64,000 bases of DNA from Chiloscyllium plagiosum (taxonomy: Eukaryota), in assembly GCF_004010195.1 (NCBI RefSeq), contig NC_057719.1, positions 66,051,049 through 66,115,048 on the forward strand, read 5' to 3'. Position numbers and translations under genes: made by a program. A model generated the notes under the pieces. The model had not been told where the DNA came from. It was given only the letters and a program-made list of their open reading frames with translations, and did no database searches. Below, in pieces: positions 13,201 through 28,200 of this stretch; the stretch's first letter is position 1, and every line of letters starts with the position of its first letter.

Positions 13201-16200
13201 CCTAGTGAACCTTTTCTGAACCGCCTCCAATGAAATGATATCTTTCCCTCAATAAGGGGACAAAAACTGTTCACAGTACTCCAGATGTGGTCTCACTAGC
13301 AACTTGTACAGTTTGCAGCAAGATTTCCCTACACTTATACTCCTTCCCCTGTTGAAATAAAGGCCAATATTCCATTAGCCTTCCAGATTACCTGCTGTAC
13401 CTGTGTGCTAGCTTTCTGGGTTTCATGCTCAAGCATACCCAAATTCTTTGTGTTGCAGCTTTCTGCAGCTTTTCTCCAGCACAGGCAAATTAATAACTAA
13501 ATGCTGTACAAAATTTAATAATTATTTTCTTTAAGTGTGTAATTGACAGCAAAATGTCTTTTCTTCAAGACATCAAAACATACTGAAATCAAAGGAGAAA
13601 ATGCTGGAAAATCTCAGCAGGTCTGGCAGCATCTGTAAGGAGAGAAAAGAGCTGACGTTTCGAGTCTAACTGACCCTTTGTCAAAGCAAAGCCCTTTTCT
13701 CTCCTTACAGATGCTGCCAGACCTGCTGAGATTTTCCAGCATTTTCTCTTTTGGTTTCAGACTCCAGCATCGGCAGTAATTTGCTTTTATCAATACATAC
13801 TGATTCGTTCTCGAGGTGTTTTTGTATTGAAAACCGACTGTGCATTGTGTATGTTGATGGAAGGTTCCAGAAAAGCTACTGGCATGGCTGCTGCAAGTGT
13901 AGCAAGACATTCCCCAAGTACAGGCCGCTGTCTATGACACAAAACAGAAAAAGAAATAGTAAAGCCATCTTAATGAGAAATGAAGGGAAAATAATTAAAA
14001 GAATGCACAGGTGTTCTTGCAGCTACAGTAATTACAGCTGAACACAAGACAGGCAGATCACAGTTCACAATATCATGACAAAATGTTTATAACTTGAACT
14101 CTAAACTCTGCACAGGAACATTGTAAAGCAACAGAAATGAGGTAGCATCAGGGATAGGAGAAGCTGCCTTGAGAAGCCATCATTGGACCAGAGAGGTTTC
14201 AACAATGATTTGATATGGCTCATCAAGATTATGAAGACTTATGGTGGATGAATGGTGATACAGTAAATTTTTTTTTCCCAGTAATAGGTAAGACAGTAGA
14301 TTAAAGACAATTGTTAAAAAATGAGAAATTAGAAAAACATTTTTTTTACACAGAAGGTAGTTATCATGAATGAGATAGTTGCTTGAAAGTGAGGAATGTT
14401 AACCATTAGCGGGAGCAAACAGGCATCCAGAATTAGACTTGGTTCATGGTGAGTGAAATGCTGGCATGGACCTGACATATGAATACAACTGTTTGAATGC
14501 CATTTTATAAATTAAAGGAAAATATATAATTGGCACATTAGACAAATTACACTCATTACAAACATTAACTCAAGAGTATAGAGTTTGATTGGCAGCTTTC
14601 ACATTAAGTCTGGTTTTGTAAAGAAAGGTAGTAACTTGCGTGGAGGTATAATTTGGGCAGAAACATCCCAATTCGGTTAATCCCAATGACATTTCTGCCA
14701 CAGTGGTTCTTATCTCAAGTTCATGAGCAGCCACTTTCCTAATGCAAGGACAATCTTTGCAGCAAAAAAGACAGCAAAATGTCTCTTTTACAGCTGCTGG
14801 GGATATTGTAGCATGAACACAACAATTTGGTTTACAAGGAAATGGTGAATGGAGATAGAACTGGAGTAAAGATAACATGTTTGAGACTTAGAGTAAGAAT
14901 TTTTTTACAGCACAGAAATAGGCCCTTTGGTCCATCACGTCCAAGCCAGTCATCAAACATTCTGCTCTCATTTTCTAGTACTTGGCATGTAGCCTTGTAC
15001 TCTGTGGTGTTTCAAGTGTTTAAATAAATAGTCTTTAAACGTCTTGGTTTCCCACCTCTATGCCTGCTTTAGGTAGCGAGTGCCAAATACTTACCACCCT
15101 CTGGCTTTCCCTCAAATCTTCGCTAAACTTCCTGCTCCTCATTTTGAAACTGTGCCCCCGGTTACTGACCCTTCCTCAAAGAGGAAAGGTTTCTCCCTGT
15201 CTACCCTGACTTTGCTCTTCAGAATTTTGTACAGCTCAATCAGTTTCACCCTCAGCCTTCTCTGCTCCAAGGAAAACAACTCCATCGCTGAATCACTCCA
15301 GCCCAGTGTAACATCCTGGTGAATCTTATCTGCATTCTCTCCAGCACTATCATAACCTTCCCATAGAGTTGTGACCAGAACAGCACATACTATTCCAGCT
15401 CTGATCTAACAAATATTATATTCAGCTCCATCATAAGTTCCTTGCTCTTGTTATTTAATACCTTGGCTAACAAAGGCCATGATATTATATGCTGTCTTAA
15501 CTCCTCATCTATCTGTCCTGCTGCCTTCAAGGATCTATAGGCATGCACACCCAGATCCCTCTGATCCTCAGTGCTTCCTTGGGTTCTATCATTCATTGTG
15601 TACTCTCTTGCTGTGTTAGACCTCACAAAATGCATCATCTCACAATCTTCAGGTTTAAGTTACATTTGCCACTATTTAGCCCATCTGACCAGCCCATCTA
15701 TATCATTCTATAGTCTAAGGCTTTCCTCCTCATGATTTACTGCAACACTAATTTTAGTGTCACCTGCAAATTTATTTATCGTCCCTCCTAAATTATTTGT
15801 CACAATGATCTATTCTGTAATACACCATTAGACATGGGTTTCCAGTCACAAAAACACCCTTCAACCATCACCCTCTGCTTCCTGCCACAAAACCAATTTT
15901 GGATCCAACTTGCCAAGTTGCCCTGAATTGTGTATGTTCTTAGCTTCTTACCCTATTTGTCTTGCAGACCTTGTCAAAAGCCTTATTGAATCCCATGTAA
16001 TCTACATGCAACATAACCCTAATCGACATATTCAATCACTTGCTCAAAAAATTACAATTTGTTAGACATGATCTCCCTCTGACAAAGCTATGCTGACTAT
16101 CTTTGATAAATCCTTGCCTTTCCAAGTGGAGATTAATTCTGTCCCTCCAAATATTACTTTTCAATAGCTTCCCTCCTGGTTGATCCTGACTACATTAGCT

Positions 16201-19200
16201 GTCATCCGATTCAGAACGGATTTGAAAATTAACATCAAACCTCTGAAATCTCCTCCCTTGCTCCCTGTTACAACCTGGGATATTGTAACTGGACCTGGGG
16301 AGTTATCCACTTTCAAGCCTGTTGAAACCACTAATACATTTTCTCTTTCAATGTTAATTCATTCAAGTACACTAACAATCCCCCCTCCCTGATTTGCTTG
16401 CCTACATTTTTTTTTCTATAATTAATACAAATGCAAAGTACTAATTTAAAACGTCAGCTATGTTTCCCAGTTGAGACAGATTACCACTTACGTCTTTAAA
16501 GGGCCCTACTCTTTCCTTACGTTTTTTGCTCCCAATGTATTTATAAAATGCCTTTGGATTTTCCTTAATGTTACCCACCAGCAGTAATCATGTTCCCTCT
16601 TCTTTTGCCTAGCTTTATTTTTAAGCAACCCCTGCACTTTTTGTACTGCTCGATGGCACCTGCTATTTTCAGCCTTTGGTATCCACCATAAGCTTCCTTT
16701 CTTTTCTTTAATCAATCTTGCAAATTCCTCAATATCCAGGGTTTTCCAGATTTGTCGGTCCCACCTTTCACCTTTACAGCCTTGCAGTCTCACCATTACT
16801 CTTTTGAATGTCACCCACTGCTCTGATATAGATTTTCCTGTAAGTAGCTGCTCCCAGTTCACTGTGGCCAGACCCTCCCATACCTTCTTAAAATTGGTCT
16901 TATTCAATTCAGAACCTTTATTCCTGGCCCATCATTGTCCGCACCAATAATTACCTTCATTGTATGGAATTGTGATCACTATCCCCAAAATACTGTTACT
17001 CTCACATATCTACCATTTATCTGACTTCATTTTCTAAAATTAAGGAAAGCACTGCCCAATCTCTTGTTGGACTTTCTATGTACTGGGTATGTCTTGGACA
17101 TGTTTAAGCATTCTTCCCCCCCTAAGCCTGTTACACCTTGTCTATTCCAGTCATTATTGGGGAAATTGAAATCCCCAGATTTATTACCTTATTTTCACAC
17201 TTCTCTGAGATTTGCCTACATTCCTACCTTTTTTATCTTATCCTTAACAAAGTAATTGTTGCCTTTGTTTTTAAGTTGTACCCATATGGCCTTATTTGAG
17301 GAGCCTTTTAAGTAATCATCGCTCCTCACTGCAGTAACTGACACCTTGATCAATACTGCAACACCACTTTTCCTATTTCATTCCATCTCACCTAAAGATT
17401 CTACACCCTGAAATATTGAGCTGCTAGTCCTGTTCCTCTCTCAACCAACTTTTTCACACAGAGGGTTATGTGTATATGGAATGAGCTGCCAGAGGAGGTG
17501 TGGAGGCTGGGACAGTTACAACTTTTAAAAGGCATTTGGATGGGTATATAAATAGGAAGAGTTCAGAGAGATATGGACCGAGTGCTGGCAAATGGGACTA
17601 GACTAATTTAAGATATCTAGTCGGCATCAAGGAATTGGACCAAAAGGTCTGTTTCCATGCCATACATCTCTATGACTCTCCTTTAATCAACACCCTCAAC
17701 TTATTTGCCTTACACTCAAGACTCTCTGCATTAAATTTAATGGCATCCAGCCTTGCCATGCTCCCTTGTGCCTTAACTTGCTCTTCAGAATGTCCTGAAA
17801 CTGTATAGTGACATCCTTGACCGTGGCCTAAAGGAGGTGACACACCATCCTGCAGTTATGTCTGCGGCTGCAGAAATGGCTGTCAATGACTCTGACTGCT
17901 GCATCTCCCATCACTATTGTTCTTCCCTTGTGCAGTTGGGCTCCAGCTACATTCCCAAAGAAAATGCTTTCAACATCTGTTCTTGAGGGAGATGCATTCT
18001 GGAGCTTTCCTGATGACCTGCCTGCCATACTTATTCTGACTCATAGTCACCTCTTCCCTCTCTTGCTGCACTTTAAGCTGATTTACTGATAAAGCCTTTC
18101 AAGTGAAAATCCATGAACTGAGACAAAGAATAGGTACACATTTAACAATTCCATATCTTCTCTGTTTGAAAAGTAAAACAAAAAGATAATGGTACAGTAA
18201 AGAAATTGACTGAAACTGATCAAGATAATTTATATAAATGAAAAATCTCTATTAAGAACCGAGATGATATACATGGATGGAGGTCTTTTCTCAGGACAGG
18301 AGAAGGTTGAGGGTCACCTAACAATTAAGAATTTTGAAAGAATAGATGTAGGGAAGATTTTTATGAGGGAATTCTAAATGGGTGCTGATAAATCTAAGAT
18401 AATGACTAAAGGATCTATGGAAAATTCAGCAGAATCATCTCCAGTCAGAATTGTTAGAATATGGAACATGCTCCAATGAAGGTGAATAGAGGGGAATGGT
18501 GTGGATGTATTGGAGGGGAGTTTCGCTAAATATATGAGGTAGAAGAAATGGAACGATATGCGAAGAGAGTTAGATGAAGTAGCATAAATACAGGCATCGA
18601 CCAGTTGGCCACTGGCTGTCTTACAGCAGATGGCACAACTTTGCACTTCCTTTGGTGATGTGAGGCAGCAGGACCAGCTTCCTTTTAAGGATAGCTATGC
18701 CAATATTGTCAATGGCTTAATGGCAGATGCAAGTTTTAGACTTTACTGCTTGTCAATGTCTTTAATGTCTATCATCAGGTATCATTTGAATTGGGAAATA
18801 TTGTACTTGCTGTCATTGAAAACAATCTCCATTACACTAATTTTGAATGAATGTGGAGGAAATCAGTGGCAGCTTATATTATGGATAAGTTGATGCTTTC
18901 CTTTTAATTCCACTCTCCTCATCCTGCCTATGTTATCAATGACATGGTTAGCGGGTTCACTTAGGGCACTATTCCCTGGTTTACATAGGCTGATATGAAC
19001 ATGAAAACAAGCATAGACCAGTTGGACAGAATGGCCTGTTTCTGTGCTATAGATTCTGTGCTTTTGGCATCTGCATGCCCTGATTTAATTAAGCAAGAGG
19101 TTGATTGCAACACCTCTCATCAACAGGTTAGGAGTGCAAAGATCTGCCGTGTATTACAAGGTTAACTGGAGCTAACTTGAACCATGTGGTAAGGAGGGTT

Positions 19201-22200
19201 GAGATCATTTCTTGCTTTTCCAGGCTTCATCTACAGTGTCAACCAGTACATTGTCCATAGACACCAAATCGATGACCATTTCTCAGTCTCAGTATTACCA
19301 AAAAAGACACCTCTTATCGTATTATCGTGTCAAGAAAGAGCAGAAAATACTAGCTTGCTGAAAAATGCATTAAGCACACATCTATTTTGTGTCAACACGG
19401 TGGCTCAGTGGTTAGCACTGCTGCCTCACCGCACCAGGGACCCAGGTTCGATTCCAACCTCAGGTGACCATCTGTGTGGAGTTTGCACATTCTCCCGTGT
19501 CTGCGTGGGTTTCTCTGGGTGCTCTGGCTTCCTCCCACAATCCAAAGATGTGCAGGTTAGGTGAATTGGCCATGCTAAATGGCCCATAGTGTTCAGGGAT
19601 GTATAGTTTAGGTGTATTTGACAGGGGTAAATATAGAATAATAGGTTGGGGAATAAGTCTGGGTGGGTTAATCTTTGGAGGGTCGGTGTGGATTTGTTGG
19701 GCCACAGAGCCTGTTTCCACACTGTAGGGATTTTATGAATTAGCAATCAAGCACATCCGATAGCATATTACCTGGAGACCAGGAGACAGTTGGTGGTCTC
19801 CTTACAGCAAGAGGTGTGTATGGACACAGTCAGCAGACAGAACTCCTCAATCAAATGATAGGAGGAATAATGGCAGAATTGGACGGCTAGCTCTGGAACC
19901 ATCTAACTTCTGTGCTTCATTTGTCTTTCTATCTTTATGTCAAATACTGCGATGGCATCGGTATTAACCTAGTTGGCGCTTAATATCCGTGACAAATAGC
20001 TGAGTTTAGCATGGCTAGAGAGGGGGTGTGATGAGTAGCTCAGAGTAATTGCGGACTCCAGATGATGTGCTGATTTTAATAAAATCTTCCTGCTGCACGA
20101 TAATCTCAAGAACTGCATTGGAGAAAGAAAACTTAAACAGACGTTTGCATGAATGAGGAAAAGGTGAAGATGTAGGATTCCAGATTAGGATATAGTAGAT
20201 TTGCTCAGAGGAACTTATACTCTCATATAACATCAGTAAACAGGAATAGAGAATATATCTAAAATGGGACCTGTCATAAAATTTAACAAAGTACAACATG
20301 GTTTAAAAAAGGGAAAGCTGCTACCTAACAATGGATTGGGAATAAACTAAAACCATTTGTTCTATACTGACACTATAAGAGTTAAACTGCATAATTATTG
20401 TAATGGCACTAGTTTGTAATCAACTCTTCATTATAAAGATACAATTAGAAAGGATGAAAAACACATTACATACAATAAGGACATTGACCTGAATCACTAT
20501 GTTTCTTCCTGCACTGCTACTCTTTGTAGGTTTTGTAAGGCAATGAAAGAACATCCCTCTGACTCAGAGGCTCTGGGTTCAATCCCATTCTTGGATGAGA
20601 TGACTAAGGAAGGTGACATTGTACCATTCCTAAAATATGTTTAGAGCCTCTTTAAACTTTAGCATTGCTTTGCTGCCTTCAATGATAAAGAATTGGGAAG
20701 ATAGTAATGCTAGTGATTGAAGAACAACTTAGATTGAACTGGATCTATTTGATGATGCTTTGCATTTCATGTTCCTCAATCTGATTTAAACCACATTTGA
20801 TGCTGGAGTTACCTTTCAACATAAACATTCTTCCCAGTTCCTAAGGCGTACAAGCTGCACAGGATCCGATAACATGACACTTGAACATCATCCACTGCAA
20901 ACGGAACATAAGATAAGTCTGAGTTTAGATTCTCCAGCAAGCAATCTCCCATCACAGTTAAAATTGAAGCAAATTTTGACCAAATACCAAAACAAACCAT
21001 AACTTTAGCAATGATCCAGCCATCCTGACTTCATAGCACATTTCATTCCAACAACAGCTCTGAAATATTATCCTGGGTTTCAGCTCATGTGGTACAAAGA
21101 ACAAAGAAAATTTAAAGCCCAGGAACAGACCCTTCGACCGTCCAAGCCTCAGCTGATCCAAATCTACTGTCTAAACCTCTCGCCCAATTCCTAAGCTTTT
21201 TTTATCACTCTGCTCACACCTACTCATGCATCTGTCCAGACATGAATCAGGATGGTAACTCATCCTGTTTTGAGTAACTCAGTACACTCATCATGTCAGG
21301 AATGAAAACAAAGAAATGACTGCCTCTGCATTAGTTAATGAATGGAACTCCAAGGTATTTTTGTTTGCTGTCCAAGATGGTGCAGACCACACAGAGTAGC
21401 TACAGAACTGCAGCACAAAACATACTGAAGACACTTGTAGCAGGCCAGGCATTATCCATGGGGATATCTATACAGACATCAGATGGGTATCCATTTCAGG
21501 TGTGGACACTTCATTCCTGCCTGCGGTGCAGTACTAGACAAACCTGGTATTTAAGCTCTTTACTATGTACTTTGTCACATCATATTATTTTCCCTTAGGA
21601 TCACAGGGGCACTTCTTAACCGACCAAATGTTCGGCATCACTTGGAGAAAAGAGAACATGGGTGGGGTGGGGTGGAGAGTTGGCCTTGGGGAGCCATCAA
21701 AAAACCTATTGGATTTTTCTATCAGTGGTGGTAATCGAAGGAAAATCTGGCAAGTTCTGTTATGGACATGCAATCCTCGTAACTAGACTTTCCTTTATTT
21801 GTGCTCCATTTAGATTTCTAGACAGCAGGCCAATGAAAATATATCCTATAGATTTGTGGCATTTTATCATGCAGAAGGGGGTTATCATGATGGTTTGATA
21901 CTGTAAGTGTGGGATAGAGGGATGGAGCACTCTTGAAAGACCATCCACTTCCTTTTATTTTCTTGCTGACAGATGAGACATTTAACAAAGACTTTCATCT
22001 ACCACTTGTGAGGACTCAAGCAAGAATGCCAAACTGGAAAAGGTGCTGATCTGTCTACATCTAGATGAGATTCTGTGAATGGACAGTGCTTGCCGAACAA
22101 TCCCAAATTGCACTAAGAGCTACTGTAACAACCATTTTAAGGCAGTTAAACTCATGGCAGGGGTCATTTATACTTGCTAGAAATGGCATACATTTATATG

Positions 22201-25200
22201 CAGAGGCTCTTTGCCAGCAAACAAAAGGAATACATTCTTACCTTGTCCCTGTAAAATTATCAGGAAACTTGGGTTGCCTACAGTTCCCTGGTGCCCTCTC
22301 TTTGGAAAGCCTTCACCAATCACAGTCAACTTGCCAACAAATCAACACTCTTTGCTCCTAAAATATACTTTTATGTGACTGTTTAAAATTTGGCATTGTT
22401 GGATTTGTCACAATGAATGAGCTTTAGTTTCTCATTTCGGCACTATTCAAGTTCTGTACTGCAAAGTGACCATTTTATTTTGGCCTTTTCACAAAACTAC
22501 TTAGAAAACGTAATTTCCAAGTGTTTAATCACCTCCCTTCTAGTAGCTGTACTGGGTTCTGCCTTTGCCTATCCTTTTGGGAGGGTATTTCATGTTTAGA
22601 AACTTAATGCATAAAAATGAATATTCATAAATTTTAATTTACATCTGGTGACTGGCTAATTGGGCGTATGTTTTCTCTATTTATGTTATCAAGATTCTTC
22701 TTAATTTTGAATATTTACATCAGATCACTTCTGATAACGAAGGAGGCCCAGTTTCTCTAGTTCTTTTTCCCTGGTGATATTTTGGGTCTTTCCATCTGTG
22801 GTCTTTGCATCCTTCTGAAAGGCTGAAGTCCAATTCTGAACACACGGAGCCAAAATTTGTTGTAAAACTACATTCATGTGAATGTTTGCTAATTATCCCC
22901 ATGCAAGTCCGACAGCAACCTCCAGTGAGGAGGGAATAATTTGTCAACTGCAAATCAATTAAATCTTCTGGATAATTCATCCATAGCTTTGCAAAAATAG
23001 AATCTTGCCCTTAATCATCTCAGCAGTTTAAATTAAACTGCTGCATGAAACTGCAAAGTTCAGTCTAAAAAAAATTGCATAAGTATCCTTTTAACAATAT
23101 GATGTTAATTATGTTTGTCAATTGACCTCTCTAGTTCTGATAGCAGACAAAATATGAAATCTCATTCTTCCAGTAAGTGATGTTGAAGAATTTTTTAAAA
23201 TGTCGCATTTAAAATGATTTACATTTATGTTTACTTCATTTCTGTTTCCCTCTCTTTTTTCATCCAATTCTTTTTCCTTGGTTTTATTTTTTTTTTCAAA
23301 TACCAGATTAGATTCTAAATTTACCCATCACTTCAGTACTTTCTCAAGTTAATTCTTAATTCTTAAATTTCAAGAAGGAGATGTAATATTCCTCAAGTTC
23401 TGATGAAACATCAACTCTTTCTCTTTCCATTAAAGTTGGCTGACCTGCTGAGTCTGTTCAGCATTTCCTGTTTTTATTTCTGATCTCTAGTAACTGCAGA
23501 ACCTTACTACCACCGGGCTGCTGCTGATCACATTATTCACCAAAACTCCAGATAATTGATGGTGCTCATTATGCTACCAACAGCTTCTGGAAACTTACAG
23601 AACAATATATTTTTGAACTGAAGGGAAAAGTCTAAGCAACCAAGTATATCTGATCCAGCATATTCTGCTCAATTATTTGAACCATAATCCATTTCAGATT
23701 TTGCCCACGACATCTGAAACTTACAAATAAGGTACTCAGTCAGAGTAATGTGTTGAATCAGAGCAAAATGTTCACAGCTCAGACAGCAGCATTCAATTTT
23801 GATTACTCACAGATAATGTCAATTCCAAATTGATGTTGACTAATGTGGTCAAAAAGTGAAGTCAGCACAGGCAACAGTGCAACCGTCGTGTAATTGATGT
23901 TCTGAGTTACTCCCTTGAGTTGAGATCGTGAATGTGTGAACTTTCCAAGTTTCAGATTTTCTAGTGTTTTTTCCAGATCTTCTGCTGCATTTTCAAAGAA
24001 GGAACGGAGGCCTGCTTTCACCAGCTCTGATCCAGACTTCATAACAGTTCTAAAAAGCACAATTGTGGGAAATTGCATAACTCCAATCAAAAGATTCAAC
24101 AATTATCATTCAAAAAGATGAATAATGAAATGGCCCCATGTAAAAAAGTGACAAAATTACCTTGGGTCCAGTGTCCGTGCCATGATGTGTAAACAGTTTA
24201 CCATTGTACCAGAGTCACTGCCTTTAGAGGTAAGAAAATACATGAGAACATTACAATGTTGAGTTATGCAAAGATAATCAATGTTGCTTACTTCAATGAT
24301 TTAAATAGTATTGTTGTGTTAGATAGCAAAGAGATCCTCACATATAAATAAAATGGGCATATAGTTGGGAAAGCAGCTGCATATCTTAACCAAAGAAGGC
24401 ATCAGAAAGCCCCAGTCTGTGTTAGGCTTGGGTCTGTTCCAAATGTTACTTGTGAGCTGTATTAGTTTATTATGTCTTAGATTTCTGTCCTCGGTGATCA
24501 ATGTTGCCTTGGAACAAGAGAAGGAGCTCACAACCCCAAATGTTCATCTGGGAGGATCGCAATTTGTGGTTTAGGAATCCCTGAGTTATAGTGCTGCCCT
24601 GGTATAACTTACTGGATGTTACAGCATATGAACTAGATCTGATACTGATCTGCCCAGGCAAATCAGTCTGGAAGGTGCATTGGAGATAATGCTTGTTAGG
24701 TAAATAGAAAGGTTAAGTGAGGTGATGAAATACAATGTTGGAAAACATGAAGTTATTCATTTTGGCAGGAAGAATGAAAGGGCAAAACATTATTTAAATG
24801 GACGCAAACTGCAGAAAGTTGCAGCAGAAAGGGATTTTGGGGTTCTTCTGCATGGATTACAACAAGCTAACATCCAAGTTCAGTAAGTTAGAGGGAAAGC
24901 AAATAGACTGTTGGCATTTATTTTGAAGGGACAGGTACATAAAAATAGAGAGAACTCGCTAAAACTGCACAGGGCACTATTCAGACCACAGCTGAAATAT
25001 TGTGAATAGGTTTGGTCCCCTTATCTAAGAAAAAAATTGGAGGCAATACAATACAAATTTGTGGATGACATAAAACTGAGTGCGAACGCGTGATGTGATA
25101 AAGATGTAAAACACCTTTAAAAGGATTTACTCAGACTTGGTGAGTAAGCAAGAACATGGCAGATGAAAATATAATGTGGAAAAAATGTGAGCTTATACAC

Positions 25201-28200
25201 TTTGCTGGAGAAGCAGATGTTCAGAGTACTTCTTATGAGAAGTTGGAAAGTGTAGATGTACAAAGGGTGTCCTTGCCAATAAGCCACTATGGGCTAACAT
25301 GCTTGTAAAGCAAGTAAGTAGGAAGGCTAATAGAATGCAAGTCTTTATTTCAAAAGAGTTTGAATACAGGAGCAGTGAAGTCTTGTTTCAATTGTAGAGG
25401 TGTTTGGTTAGACCGTACCTAGAGTAGTGAGTGCAATTTTGGTCTCCTTGTCTTGGAAGAGATATTATTGCTGTAGAGGAAGTGTGACAAAAAATCACCA
25501 GACTTGTTTCTATGATGGTGGGAATGTCCTTTGAAGAGGACAATTCTGTAGAGTTTCGAAGAATGAGAGATGTCCTAATTGAAACTTGCTAAACACTGAA
25601 AGGGAGAGACAGTGTAATTGCAGGTCAGATGTTTCCACTGGAAGGGAAGTCTACAACCAGTAGATACAATTTAAAAATAAGCAGGGATGTCAACTTAAGT
25701 CTAATATGAAGGGATTTTTTTGTTTACTCAGAACGTTGAGAGCTTTTGGAATTCTCAACTACAGAAAGCTGCAGGTCAGCCTTTGAGTTTGTTTAGGGTA
25801 GACATTGATAGATTTCTGATTACCAGTGGTACATAGGATTATGGGAACAGGGTGGTAAAAGACATGGTAGTATTCAATTTACCTTGGTCATATTGAATGG
25901 GTCAGGCTCAACAGACTGAATAGCCTACTCCTGTTTTCTATGTTAATTCATACAATAGACTGGATTGGATTGACACCTACTATTGTAAGTTTGCTTTAAA
26001 ATTAAAATCATATTTAATTTGCAATTAATAAATTAATGACGCTGCATATCTTGTAAGCTTGAGGTGCCAGATTCTGATTCCATGGGCACATGAAGGACAA
26101 ATTAATATTACTTACAGAATTTACCAATTTAGTAGTAGTTTTCCTGCCCTTCCTAATCATCTCTACAGGCATGAAACCCACTGCTAAATTCATGGGCCCC
26201 TTTTTCTTTTAGGAATTTTGCACTTGATGCAATTGCCATCCATTCAACAAGTAAAAAGATTAAGGAGGTGAGAAGACTACTTACCGAAGAGAGAGATTCT
26301 ATGCCTGACAAGAGCTGCAAGTTTGCAGAAAATACTAGAATAGAAGAGCAAAGAAAGAGAAACAGAAAATTATAGCAATATTCCACTACTGAGATATTAA
26401 CAAAATCAACAACAAAAAGCAAGAACTTTAGAGAATTACAATCTCAGCCTGGGGTATTTTAGACTTACATTTCCATGAAATTAATTTTGGAGTGATGATA
26501 TTGAAGAAAGCTTAGAATACGTGAAGTTCCTTGAATCTGCTTCGTTCATATGTCAGTCGACCTTCATTTTCTCCTTCTTACAAATCAATTTTAAATGTAG
26601 TCAATATTTTCTATGCTTGAAGGCTATTTTATCATCTGACAGTATTTTTATTATTTGTTCATGGGGTGGCAGCATCACAGGCTAGTCCAAAATTTATTAC
26701 CCCTTTCTAATTGCTCCTCAGATGGTACAAGTGAACTGCCTTCTTGAACTACTGCACCTTCAGTTCCAAGGCTTTGACCCAGTGAAAGAACAGCAGCACA
26801 GTTCCCAGTCACAATAGTCAGGGGCTTGGAGGCAAATGTGCAGGTAACTAGGCAAGGGAAAAGTCCAGCTGGCTTACCCTCTTGTTGGTTCTCTCACCAC
26901 CTGCCACAGTTTCGGCGTAGCAGCCTTTGGAACTCAATCATCTCAGCCAGTAGTGGCCACACAGAGCTATTCTTGGTGGTGGACTTTGAAGCTTGAGGAT
27001 TCCCAGGGCAACTGCCTTCTGATTGGATTCTACTGCTCTGCCACCTCTAGTGGATCTGTCCTGCTGATGCGTTGGAACAAATCAAGGCCTGGTGATGATG
27101 GTATCTGGGACATTGTACTATTTGATTCGATGGGAATAACTACGTCTGTGAGCCTACCGCCATCTTCTCAAGGGCAATTGGCAATAGGCAATATATGGTG
27201 GGCTAGCGAACAATGCCTACATCCTATGAGTGAAATTAAAGAATAGTCTGTGGGACAGCTCTCCTAATTTTACTGAGCCTTCCTTGCACAGTTCTGATCC
27301 AGCAGTTAGGGACACTTTCATTCTCACCCTTTAAAATCATTTCCAGAGGACACTCTCCTACATAATATGGAGGTATCTATCTCTGATGGTGCGGCTGTCA
27401 TTTTCTCACGGCTGGAAGACCTGGTATTAGCTCTTCAGCCTTGATAGCACGCCAGCCAAACTCAAACTGGGCAGTGAACCGGGCAGTAACCCGGTTACTC
27501 TTTGGGCACTTGTAAAGAAGCACAATAGGTATCAGGCCTTGATGTGATATCGGTCAAAACCCAGAAATTCAGCCAATAGTGGGGTCCTCACCCTAAATCT
27601 AAAATCCAGATGCACAACAGCATTTACGATAAATATAGGTTTCAAACAAAACATTTTCCTACCTTACTATCATTTCCTTTTCCTTGTTGGATGCATACCC
27701 ACTGCCACTCAGGCTCTTGGTTGGAGAAGATAAGAAGTACATACAGTGGTTCTTAAAATATTCATCAATAGAAGGGAGCAGAATCTGGAATAGAATTTTT
27801 TTTTAAGTTTCATTTGCTGAACAATGATTTTAAATTGGATGCATTTTGTTCAAAATATTTTTGGAATTGTTGGCTAACTACTCCCTTGAATGTAAATTCA
27901 ATTCAGATAGTACAAACAAGCCAAATTAAGTAGCACTGAGTCATAGTCGAATTAAATTTACACAATATTTTCTGTAGGATACTATGTTCAGAAATTGAGT
28001 GTGAAGAATTGCTTTACATGTGAAAACTATTAATTTCTTGATTTACTTTTCAAAGTGCGTAATGAGATCTGTTGCCTACATGTTGCAGTGAAATCTTCAC
28101 ATAGTATTTTGACATGATTGAGATTATGATCATAGATTTAATAGTATTCTTCTACATTTACTCTGCTTCATTCTGTTAATTGCATGCCCTGGCACATTTA

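Noticed and set aside
19396..19460. tRNA-like sequences (also at 4414, 36744, 50478, 59642, 61268)
   Set aside because: These are SINE heads that run into SINE body sequence, not stand-alone tRNA genes.
19772..19968. Possible extra minus-strand exon ending at CAG|gtaata
   Set aside because: No RyR similarity, a stop in the frame I tried, and the flanking exons already join in frame.
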